64,000 bases of DNA, taken from positions 2,283-66,282 of the forward strand of contig JBMNUI010000001.1 of NCBI GenBank assembly GCA_050946195.1, in the 5' to 3' direction. The notes beneath the pieces were generated by a model, which ran no database searches, was not told the DNA's origin, and saw only the letters and a list, made by a program, of their open reading frames with translations. A program made the position numbers and the translations under genes. Positions within the stretch are counted from its first letter, which is position 1. Each line of letters begins with the position of its first letter. This document shows positions 56,245 to 64,000 of the stretch, one piece after another. Source of the DNA: Eubacteriales bacterium. GTDB lineage: Bacteria > Bacillota > Clostridia > Oscillospirales > CAG-272.

Positions 56245-57349
56245 GTATTTCCTCTATGCTGTCCGATGCCGCCCTGCCCGAGAAATGCTCAAGCGTCTGA
56301 AGAACTGTCGCCGGAATGTCAAGGAAGCCAATTGTCCCCTCAAGGAAGGCCGAGACGGCAACCTCGTCGGCGGCATTGAGTACAGCCGGCATCGCACCGC
56401 CCTCAAAAAGGCAATCAAACGCGGCGCGTAGTAGCGGGAAGGCTTCTGTGTCGGGCCGACCGAAGGTCAGCCTGCCGATGGCCGCCAAATCCAGCGGCTC
56501 TATCACCGCGGGCTTTATTTCGGGGTAGTTTACGGCATACTGAATGCAGAGGCGCATATCCGGCACCGACAGCCCGGCTGTGATGCTGTTATCAAAATAT
56601 TCAACCAGCGAATGAATTATACTTTCCCGCTGGATTAAAACCTCGATTCCGTCGGGCCCGACGCCAAAAAGGTGAGAGGCTTCTATAACCTCAAAGCCCT
56701 TGTTCATGAGAGTGGCGCTGTCGATTGTAATCCGCTTCCCCATCTCCCATGTGGGGTGGGCCAGAGCCTGCTCTAAGGTCACATTTTTCAGCATCTCGCG
56801 GGTGTATCCGTAAAACGGGCCCCCCGAGGCCGTGAGGATTATCTTCTTTATTTCGTGTGGCGCCCGTCCGGCAAGGCAGCGGAATATCGTGCTGTGCTCG
56901 CTGTCCAACGGGATAATTTCGGCGCCGCATGCTCTTGCCTCGGCCATAATAAAGCCGCCAGCCATGACCAGCGACTCCTTGTTGGCCAGTGCCAGCCGCT
57001 TTCCGTACCTCACGGCTTCAAGCGTCGGAAAAAGGCCGGCAGCACCGGTGATGGCGTTTATAACCACATCGCAGGGCACTTGGTTTATTATCTGCCCGAT
57101 CCCCTCCCGGCCCGAGAGGACCTTTATATCTGTATCCAAAAGTGCGGTCTTAAGCTGCCTTGCTGCATTGATGTCATCAAGAACGCAGAATAATGGCCTG
57201 AATCTGCGGGCTTGTTTTTCAATTGTGACATAATCCGAGCCGGCGGCAAGCGCCACAACGCGCAGCCCCTCGGCCTCTGCAATGTCGAGAGCCTGTCGGC
57301 CTATTGAGCCGGTCGAGCCGAGTATTATAACAGACTTGCTTTGCTTCAT
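56180..57349 (-). CDS. dxr: 1-deoxy-D-xylulose 5-phosphate reductoisomerase
   Basis: ILGSTGSIG NADPH-binding motif. 389 aa. Confidence 0.95.
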   Translation of the reverse strand: MKQSKSVIILGSTGSIGRQALDIAEAEGLRVVALAAGSDYVTIEKQARRFRPLFCVLDDINAARQLKTALLDTDIKVLSGREGIGQIINQVPCDVVINAITGAAGLFPTLEAVRYGKRLALANKESLVMAGGFIMAEARACGAEIIPLDSEHSTIFRCLAGRAPHEIKKIILTASGGPFYGYTREMLKNVTLEQALAHPTWEMGKRITIDSATLMNKGFEVIEASHLFGVGPDGIEVLIQRESIIHSLVEYFDNSITAGLSVPDMRLCIQYAVNYPEIKPAVIEPLDLAAIGRLTFGRPDTEAFPLLRAAFDCLFEGGAMPAVLNAADEVAVSAFLEGTIGFLDIPATVLQTLEHFSGRAASDSIEEILEFDRLAREYAGRILDRSKGG

Positions 57350-57360
57350 TTTTGTTCCGT

Positions 57361-58179
57361 TTACCGAAGAATGTTTATCAGTGCGAAGAGTATAGTCATT
57401 ACCGAGGAAACCGCCAGCACCGAGTCAAACCTGTCGAGCACCCCGCCGTGCCCCGGGAAAATCCAGCCGTAGTCCTTGATGCCGTACTGCCGCTTTATAG
57501 CCGACATGGCAAGGTCACCCAACTGGGCAACAAGCGTGACGAGTATGCCGCCGGCAATGATATAGCCCCAGCCGATATAGGTGATATCGATAAGGTATGA
57601 GGTCAGTACAAATGCGCCGGCGCCGGCCATGCTCCCCCCTATGCTACCCTCGATTGTCTTTTTCGGGCTGATATCGGGGATGAGCTTGTGGCGGCCGAGC
57701 GAAACCCCGAAAAGATACGCAAAGACATCGGTGCTCCACGCGCCGATAAAAATCAGAAGGTATATGTGCGGGTTTTCAAGGTCTCTGAGGTAAACAATTC
57801 CCGAGAAACCGAACATAATGTAGCTGGCAAAAAGAAAAGCACATCCGGCGTCGGCGCAGGTTGTTTTTCTCTTTGTGAAGACCAAGAGCGCCAGAATGTA
57901 GAGCACAAGAAAAATGACAATCAGAACTGCCGTCTCGCCGAGGCTGATTTTTGAGGTGTCCGGCAGATACCTGACAACAAAGGGCAAAAGCGCTCCCGCC
58001 GCATACAGGGGTATGGTCAGAAGCAGGTTTTTTTCAACCTTTATGCAGCGGAACATCTCAAAGAGGGCAAGCAGCGTCAGCACCGCCATTGCAGACGGGA
58101 AAAAGGCGGTGTGCGAGAAGAGCAGCACCGGTATCAGCAAGATTATGCTGACCACCGTGGTCAGGCTTCTTTGTAACAT
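57361..58179 (-). CDS. cdsA: Phosphatidate cytidylyltransferase
   Basis: Signature SAIKRQYGIKDYGWIFPGHGGVLDRFDS. Multi-TM protein. Confidence 0.9.
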   Translation of the reverse strand: MLQRSLTTVVSIILLIPVLLFSHTAFFPSAMAVLTLLALFEMFRCIKVEKNLLLTIPLYAAGALLPFVVRYLPDTSKISLGETAVLIVIFLVLYILALLVFTKRKTTCADAGCAFLFASYIMFGFSGIVYLRDLENPHIYLLIFIGAWSTDVFAYLFGVSLGRHKLIPDISPKKTIEGSIGGSMAGAGAFVLTSYLIDITYIGWGYIIAGGILVTLVAQLGDLAMSAIKRQYGIKDYGWIFPGHGGVLDRFDSVLAVSSVMTILFALINILR

Positions 58180-58236
58180 AAGGCTTTATTGATATAAAAT
58201 ATCTTTCCCCCTGTCACAGATTTCATGAGTTTACGG

Positions 58237-58947
58237 TCAGGCTCCTCCGTACCTGCGCTGACGCCGGCCGAATTCCTCAATCGCCAGATCAACCTCGCGC
58301 GGGCCGAAATCCGGCCAGAGCACCTCGGTAAAGTAAAACTCCGAATAGGAGGCCTGCCAGAGCAGGAAGTTGGAGATGCGGCACTCCCCGGCGGTTCTGA
58401 CAATAAGGTCGGGGTCGGGGCAGCTGGCGGTATACAGGGCTCCTGAAATGTCTTCCTCGGTTATCTCCTTTTTTCCCGCAGCGGAGAGAATATTGAAGGC
58501 ACGCACCAGTTCGGCGCGGCCGCCGTAGTTGAGCGCGATGTTGAGCACATATTCGTTGGTTGCCGTCCGCTCGGCAACCTGCCTGATTTTTTCCTTCAGC
58601 CGGTCATCGAAGACCTCAATATTCCCCAGGAACCTAAAGGAAACCTTCTGGTCCTTCATCTCCTTGATACACTCGGAGAGATAGTCGTCAAGCAGGCTCA
58701 TGATAGAGTCGAGTTCATGCGCCGGCCGGTTTTTGAGGTTTTCGCTGGACAGGGCGTAGACCGTTACATATCTGATCCCGATATCCCGGCAGTATTTCAC
58801 CACCCGGCGGAAGGCCTTTGCCCCGGTGCGGTGTCCCTGCTCTTTCGGCAGGCCGTGCCTGGTTGCCCAGCGGCGGTTGCCGTCCATTATAAAGGCAATA
58901 TGCCGCAGGCCGTACAGGTTTTTCTTACCGGTTTTCTCGGCGCTCAT
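58237..58947 (-). CDS. uppS: Undecaprenyl diphosphate synthase (isoprenyl transferase)
   Basis: IAFIMDGNRRWA and RISNFLLWQASYSEFYF. Start at ATG 58947. Confidence 0.9.
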   Translation of the reverse strand: MSAEKTGKKNLYGLRHIAFIMDGNRRWATRHGLPKEQGHRTGAKAFRRVVKYCRDIGIRYVTVYALSSENLKNRPAHELDSIMSLLDDYLSECIKEMKDQKVSFRFLGNIEVFDDRLKEKIRQVAERTATNEYVLNIALNYGGRAELVRAFNILSAAGKKEITEEDISGALYTASCPDPDLIVRTAGECRISNFLLWQASYSEFYFTEVLWPDFGPREVDLAIEEFGRRQRRYGGA

Positions 58948-58998
58948 CTCTTCCCCTTCTATTTTTAGCGGGTGGCACCGAGGCCCCACCCGTATTGT

Positions 58999-59553
58999 TT
59001 ATATCTGCATTATTTCCTTATTCTTTTTCTCGGTTATTGCATCTATGTTCTTGATGTACTTGTCGGTGATGTCCTGAACCGCCTTCTCGGAGGCCTTTTG
59101 TTCGTCCTCGGTCATCTCGCCGTTCTTTTTCATTTTTTTGCACTGCTCGTTCGCGTCGCGCCTGATGTTCCGGATTGCCACCTTGGTTTCCTCTCCGAGC
59201 TTTTGTACCTGCTTTGTCAGCTCGCGTCTGCGTTCCTCGGTGGGCTGCGGGAAGACAAGCTTTATAACCTTGCCGTCGTTCATAGGCGTGATTCCTATAT
59301 CAGAAGCCAGAATGGCCTTTTCAATTGCTTTCAGAGTTGAGCCGTCATAGGGAGTAATGGTAATTGTCTTAGGGTCGACCACGCGGATGTCGGCCATTGT
59401 GTTTATCGGCGTGGGTGTTCCGTAATACTCGAAAGTCACCCTCGAGAGCACCAAGGGGTTGGCCTGTCCGGCCCTGATGGTAGCCAGATTTGCCTCATAT
59501 GCGGCTATGGTTTTTTGCATTTTCGCTTCATATTCTTTCGTGTCGAGTTTCAT
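58999..59553 (-). CDS. frr: Ribosome recycling factor
   Basis: 184 aa with IRAGQANPLVLSRVTFEYYG and IRNIRRDAN. Confidence 0.95.
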   Translation of the reverse strand: MKLDTKEYEAKMQKTIAAYEANLATIRAGQANPLVLSRVTFEYYGTPTPINTMADIRVVDPKTITITPYDGSTLKAIEKAILASDIGITPMNDGKVIKLVFPQPTEERRRELTKQVQKLGEETKVAIRNIRRDANEQCKKMKKNGEMTEDEQKASEKAVQDITDKYIKNIDAITEKKNKEIMQI

Positions 59554-59595
59554 GGTCTGCTTCCCCGGTATAACCGGTCTCCTTTCTTTTATTTT

Positions 59596-60309
59596 TTACA
59601 CGCAGGTAAGCGTCCCGATATTCTCGCCCGTAGCTGCACGATAGATGTCCATCGGGTCGCGCAGGGCGAAGGCATAAGTTTTAATTCCGTTTGCGGCGCA
59701 GAAGGCTGTGGCGGTGAGGTCATACGCGGCAAGCTTTTTGCTGAGAATCTCGTCGTAGGTCACGGTATCGTATTTCTTGGCATCGGGGTATACCCTCGGG
59801 TCGCGGTCGTATATGCCGTCGACATTCTTTGCCATGAGCACGATATCGGCACCCAGTTGTGCGGCTCTCAGCACCGCGCCGGTATCGGTGGAAAAGTAGG
59901 AGTTTCCGGTCCCGCACCCGAGAATTACAATCCTGCCCTCGCGCAGGTGCGCGCCGGCGGCCTCGGGCCGGTATCTTTCTGCGAAATCGGGCATATCTGC
60001 CGCAGTCATCACGGTTGCCCTGCCGCCCCGGCGTTCAATTACATCTTTGAGGGCTATTGAATTGATAACCGTCGCCAACATCCCCATCTGGTCGGCGCGG
60101 CAGCGGTCCATGCCGACAACCTGTTTTGCCCCCCGCCAGATGTTCCCGGCACCCGTCATGACCGCAACCTCAATTTTTGCCTTGTTGCAGAGTATCAGGG
60201 CGTCTGCGATTCTCTCGAGAAGCCCGAAATCGAGTATGCTGCAATCCTTTCCCTTCATGGCCTCGCCCGAGAGCTTGACCAGAACCCTTCTGTACTTTGG
60301 CTTTTCCAT
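59596..60309 (-). CDS. pyrH: UMP kinase
   Basis: RVLVKLSGEA, GAGNIWRG and GTGNSYFSTDT. Confidence 0.95.
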   Translation of the reverse strand: MEKPKYRRVLVKLSGEAMKGKDCSILDFGLLERIADALILCNKAKIEVAVMTGAGNIWRGAKQVVGMDRCRADQMGMLATVINSIALKDVIERRGGRATVMTAADMPDFAERYRPEAAGAHLREGRIVILGCGTGNSYFSTDTGAVLRAAQLGADIVLMAKNVDGIYDRDPRVYPDAKKYDTVTYDEILSKKLAAYDLTATAFCAANGIKTYAFALRDPMDIYRAATGENIGTLTCV

Positions 60310-60480
60310 CCGACACGCCTCTTTCGTGAGTATATATATATTTTACAGCATAAGGCGCAATTTGTAAACCACTTTTTCAGAAAAAGTTCGGCGCGCCGTA
60401 CATTAAAAAAGCTCTGATTTTGCTTGTCACACCTGATGTTATTCATTCTGCCAGTCTGATTGTTAAAACCGCACGGGGCT

Positions 60481-60505
60481 AAAAAACCGCCGGCTTTGGC
60501 GGTTC
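60481..60505 (-). terminator. Rho-independent terminator after the GGDEF gene
   Basis: On the minus strand: AACCGCC-AAAGCC-GGCGGTT followed by TTTTT. Confidence 0.65.
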
Positions 60506-60536
60506 AGGGTATATTTTAACTCAAAGCAGCATTAAT

Positions 60537-61754
60537 TTACTGCCGCATGGCATATACTGCGCAATTGCGTCTTTCCTTTGCCATGTATAAGGCTTTATCG
60601 GTGTCACTTATGAAATCATCAATAGACAATTCATCCGACGGGATTATTGTATTTATCCCCAGACTGATTGTTACATGGTCCGGGGCTTTGGAATGCATAC
60701 TCGATACAGCCCTTTCTTCAACCCCGGCCCTCATTAGTTCGGCAAGTCTCAGGGCGCCTTCTTTGTCGGTTTGCGGAAGAAGCACTATAAATTCATCCCC
60801 TCCGTACCTTGCCACCTTGCCTGCATACTGCCCTGCACAAACTGTCAGAACATCTGCAATCAGCTTTATACAGGAGTCACCGGTCTGGTGGCCGTATTTA
60901 TCATTAATCCTCTTGAAAGAATCAATATCCACTATTATCAATGACAAGGGTATTGAGTCCCGTTTGCATCTGTCCCATTCATCTTTAATAGTTTTCTCGA
61001 AACATAATCTGTTAAGAGTTCCTGTCAGGCTGTCGGTTCTCGACATTACCTCGAGCTTCTGATTGGCTTTTTGCAGCTCCAGATTAATCAAATTTAGTTC
61101 CTCATTTTTTTTCAATATGACCTTTTTATTGATAAAATCCTCCGCCTGCTTTTTATACCTCATGCAGGATATCATCCATGACATTACTACGAATGCCGAA
61201 GTGTTAACTGTGTTGGCAAACAACAGCTGTCTGGATTCCTGCAAGAACGGCAGCGCCATAAGAAACAATATATGAACTGTCAAATACACAAGCAACACTG
61301 AAACCGGCTCAAGGATGGGAGTGATGGCTACTGATATGATTGCCACAACATATACAATAACCTGTCCGTTCATTAATTGGTCAAGCAGCGATATTCCCGC
61401 GCACCATATCAGAATAAAGCCGATAAAAATAATCCCGGCAATACGGATAAAGGATATGTTTTTAGGCACATCAGCCCCCAGCTTGGTAAAGGCCGCGAAT
61501 AACGCAATCATTACCAGCAGCATCAGGACATACATAAATCCGTAGCATATGTAGGGCATTTCAAAAAGGTTTTCCCTGTTTATTACACAATGAATCAGAA
61601 GCATAATAGCTTCTATTATGACGAATGTCAGTGTTGTTATTTTAGCCCTCGCTATATTAATCCTGTTGATACTTACTGCAAACTCGTTTTTATCACAATC
61701 CGACAGAGGTGTTGTAAACAGGCCTTTTATAAACCTTACTATTCTGAATAGCAA
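60537..61754 (-). CDS. Membrane-bound diguanylate cyclase (GGDEF domain)
   Basis: About 6 N-terminal TM segments, a coiled linker, and a GGDEF domain with RYGGDEFIVLL and an RxxD-type I-site context. Markedly AT-rich compared with flanking genes. Confidence 0.85.
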   Translation of the reverse strand: MLFRIVRFIKGLFTTPLSDCDKNEFAVSINRINIARAKITTLTFVIIEAIMLLIHCVINRENLFEMPYICYGFMYVLMLLVMIALFAAFTKLGADVPKNISFIRIAGIIFIGFILIWCAGISLLDQLMNGQVIVYVVAIISVAITPILEPVSVLLVYLTVHILFLMALPFLQESRQLLFANTVNTSAFVVMSWMISCMRYKKQAEDFINKKVILKKNEELNLINLELQKANQKLEVMSRTDSLTGTLNRLCFEKTIKDEWDRCKRDSIPLSLIIVDIDSFKRINDKYGHQTGDSCIKLIADVLTVCAGQYAGKVARYGGDEFIVLLPQTDKEGALRLAELMRAGVEERAVSSMHSKAPDHVTISLGINTIIPSDELSIDDFISDTDKALYMAKERRNCAVYAMRQ

Positions 61755-61929
61755 TTCCGACCCCTCCTCTGTCAGAAGTGTTTGTAAAAAATGTGTTGAG
61801 TTTCGTTTTGAAACTATTTAAACATTTTAACACATGCTCAATTAAATTACAAGTATATAAAAGGAAAAATCCCCGCTTAGATGATAGCCCTTACTTGTAG
61901 TTAAGCCTGTCCTCATGCCGCGGGGCAAA

Positions 61930-61964
61930 TAAAAACCACCGGCTGGTGGTTGCCGGTGGTTTTG
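61930..61964 (-). terminator. Rho-independent terminator after tsf
   Basis: On the minus strand: AACCACCGG...CCGGTGGTT followed by TTTAT. Confidence 0.7.
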
Positions 61965-61967
61965 ACT

Positions 61968-62897
61968 TTATTGCTGACCGGTAAGCTTAGCTATCTCTTC
62001 GGCAAAATTGTCCTCACGCTTCTGGATCCCTTCGCCCTTCTCATAGCGCCAGAATCCAGTGACCTTAATATTGCCGCCGAGTTCCTTTGCCGTGGCCGCG
62101 ATATATTGACTGACCTTCAGGGCATCATCCTTGACATAGCCCTGCTCGAGCAGGCAGTTGTTCTCATAGAATTTCCCCAGCCGGCCGAGCACCATCTTCT
62201 CGATTATCTGCTGAGGCTTCTTGGCATTTGCCGGGTCGTTCTTTATCTGTGTCATGAGTATGGTCTTTTCCTCTTCAAGCACATCTGAGGGCACCGAATC
62301 CCGGTCGAGATATGCTACCGGATAGGCGCAGACCTGAAGCGCGATGTTCTTGGCGAACTCCTCGAATTCGGGTTTCTCGGCCACATTCTTGTCGGCGTCA
62401 AACCTGACTATGACCCCGATTGCACCCATGCCGTGGGTATAGTTGCTGGTGATTCCCTCGACTATGACAAACCGGCGGATTGTTATCTTTTCTTTGATGA
62501 CAAGAATGAGGTCCTGCAACTTGGTCTCAACCGTAAAGTCGCTCTCGGGATAAGGCAGGGTGAGCAATTCTGCCACATCCTTCGGCCTCTTTTCAATAAT
62601 GATGCCAAGGAGATTGTCGACATAAGCCTTGAACATATCGTTCTTGGCGACAAAGTCGGTCTCGGTGTTGACCTCGATCATGGCGGCGACGTCGCCGACC
62701 TTGCGAATGCTGACAAGCCCGTCGGCCGCGATTCTCGATTCTTTCTTGGCCTGAGCCACAAGGCCTCTTTCGCGCAGCAGCTTTATTGCCTTGTCCATAT
62801 CCCCGCCGGCATCCACCAGCGCCTTTTTACATTCCATAATACCTGCATTTGTCTTTGCGCGCAGGTCGGCTACATCTTTTGCTGTGATATTTGCCAT
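61968..62897 (-). CDS. tsf: Elongation factor Ts
   Basis: MANITAKDVADLRAKTNAGIMECKKAL. Start at ATG 62897; the ORF-track 5' extension overlaps rpsB. Confidence 0.95.
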   Translation of the reverse strand: MANITAKDVADLRAKTNAGIMECKKALVDAGGDMDKAIKLLRERGLVAQAKKESRIAADGLVSIRKVGDVAAMIEVNTETDFVAKNDMFKAYVDNLLGIIIEKRPKDVAELLTLPYPESDFTVETKLQDLILVIKEKITIRRFVIVEGITSNYTHGMGAIGVIVRFDADKNVAEKPEFEEFAKNIALQVCAYPVAYLDRDSVPSDVLEEEKTILMTQIKNDPANAKKPQQIIEKMVLGRLGKFYENNCLLEQGYVKDDALKVSQYIAATAKELGGNIKVTGFWRYEKGEGIQKREDNFAEEIAKLTGQQ

Positions 62898-62931
62898 TTT
62901 TCCATACTCCCGTACTTTATTGGTTATAAGC

Positions 62932-63738
62932 TTACTCTGCGGTTTCCGCTGGCGCGGCCTCTTCGGCGGTTCCCTCAGCAGGGGCTTCTGCCGGGGTCCG
63001 AGCCTCTGCGGTCGGGGTCTCCTCAGCCGGCGCCGTTGCTTCCTCGGTCGTTTGCTCGCCCTGTTTTCCTTCGATAACCGCATTGGCAAGCGTGGCTGAA
63101 ACCAGCCGAATAGCCCGGATTGCATCGTCGTTTCCGGGGATTATATAATCTGCGTCGTCTGGGTCGCAGTTGGTGTCGACGATTGCTATTACCGGAATAC
63201 CGAGCTTTCTTGCCTCAAGTACCGCGTTTCTTTCTTTTTTTATATCCACGATAAAGACGGCGTCGGGCAGCTTCTCCATGTTTTTGATGCCGCCGTAGTT
63301 CTTCTGGAGGTTGTAAATCTGCTTCAGTTTTGAGGTGACTTCCTTTTTCGGAAGCTGGTTGAAGGTGCCGTCCTCCTGCATTGCGAGAAGGTGGTCAAGC
63401 CGCTGGATAGAGCGTCTTATGGTCTTGAAGTTGGTGAGCATTCCGCCCGGCCACCTGACGTTGACATAGAACATGCCGCAGCGCGTTGCCTCTTCGCGGA
63501 TTGAGTCGGCGGCCTGCTTTTTGGTTCCCACAAAGAGGATAGTGCCGCCGTTTGCCGCAAGGTCGCGCACGAACATGTAGGCTTCATCAAACTTCTTGAC
63601 GGTCTTCTGCAGGTCGATGATGTAGATACCGTTTCTCTCGGTGAAGATGTACTCGGCCATCTTCGGGTTCCATCTTCTTGTGTGGTGTCCGAAATGGACG
63701 CCGGCTTCAAGAAGCTGCTTGATTGTTACAACAGGCAT
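62932..63738 (-). CDS. rpsB: 30S ribosomal protein S2 with an acidic Ala/Glu/Pro/Thr-rich C-terminal tail
   Basis: [27 protein letters not shown]. Start at ATG 63738 after SD AAGGAG. Confidence 0.95.
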   Translation of the reverse strand: MPVVTIKQLLEAGVHFGHHTRRWNPKMAEYIFTERNGIYIIDLQKTVKKFDEAYMFVRDLAANGGTILFVGTKKQAADSIREEATRCGMFYVNVRWPGGMLTNFKTIRRSIQRLDHLLAMQEDGTFNQLPKKEVTSKLKQIYNLQKNYGGIKNMEKLPDAVFIVDIKKERNAVLEARKLGIPVIAIVDTNCDPDDADYIIPGNDDAIRAIRLVSATLANAVIEGKQGEQTTEEATAPAEETPTAEARTPAEAPAEGTAEEAAPAETAE

Positions 63739-63866
63739 ACTTTTTATTCTCCTTTTTTGGTTTTTCCGCCACACCGGCCCGGGCGATGCAGCTTGCGATA
63801 CGGCAAGCACCGGCATTCCCATCCGGTGTGTGTGTTTTCGGGGCTGAAAATAAACAGCCAAATTGT

Positions 63867-63895
63867 ATTATATCATGGTCGCATTTGCCATGCAA
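63867..63895 (-). promoter_or_regulatory. Sigma-A-type promoter for rpsB-tsf with a ~120-nt structured leader
   Basis: On the minus strand: TTGCAT (63895-63890), 17-bp spacer, TATAAT (63872-63867). The leader contains hairpins CACCGG...CCGGTG and GCTTGC...GCAAGC. Confidence 0.5.
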
Positions 63896-64000
63896 GAGCC
63901 TAATACATTGTTCACAAATTATTTACAAATTTACCTGAACCATGAGCCTCTTTTTCTCGGCCGCTCGCAGCAGGCAAACTCCCCGGTCGGGATTTTAACC

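Overview
This is a 64-kb chromosomal segment at roughly 55-58% GC from a spore-forming Clostridia-type Firmicute, possibly Oscillospiraceae/Ruminococcaceae-like. That taxon call is inferred from gene content only. The window is almost entirely core metabolism and housekeeping. I found no transposase, integrase, CRISPR array, phage genes or recognisable defence system. Gene order, left to right: a P-type Ca2+-ATPase (-); an LRR lipoprotein; guaB; an SGNH hydrolase; a T-box-controlled gatC-gatA-gatB-aspS (archaeal-type AspRS) operon; a complete contiguous arginine cluster argG-argH-argC-argJ-argB-argD-argF-carA-carB; a CvpA-like membrane protein (-); two polysaccharide deacetylases, one PdaA-like; two membrane proteins (-); spoIIID; two small unknowns; an apgM-like gene; lepB-rbgA-rnhB-yraN; an M19 dipeptidase; thrC; a DUF1540 gene (-); a metallophosphoesterase; tig-clpP-clpX; a cysteine-rich unknown (-); an FAD oxidoreductase (-); malic enzyme; tRNA-Ala and tRNA-Val (-); and the conserved minus-strand block rpsB-tsf-[GGDEF]-pyrH-frr-uppS-cdsA-dxr-rseP-ispG-polC. 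Observations most worth a second look: (1) carB runs without a stop codon into a full-length DapF-like domain whose first catalytic cysteine is replaced by alanine. (2) A modular GC-hairpin repeat family has six copies, five of which sit within 10 nt of a stop codon in the same polarity, and one is a three-unit tandem array inside the arg operon. (3) At the tig/clpP junction, the conserved ClpP N-terminus is out of frame with the only nearby ATG, and tig has no stop codon until 85 nt into clpP. (4) An exact 12-mer, including a 12-4-12 perfect palindrome, clusters around spoIIID and a small flavodoxin-like gene. (5) There is an 8%-cysteine protein of unknown function. (6) A strongly AT-rich diguanylate cyclase gene sits between tsf and pyrH. 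All homology statements come from my own reading of the translated ORFs and recalled family motifs. No database search was run.
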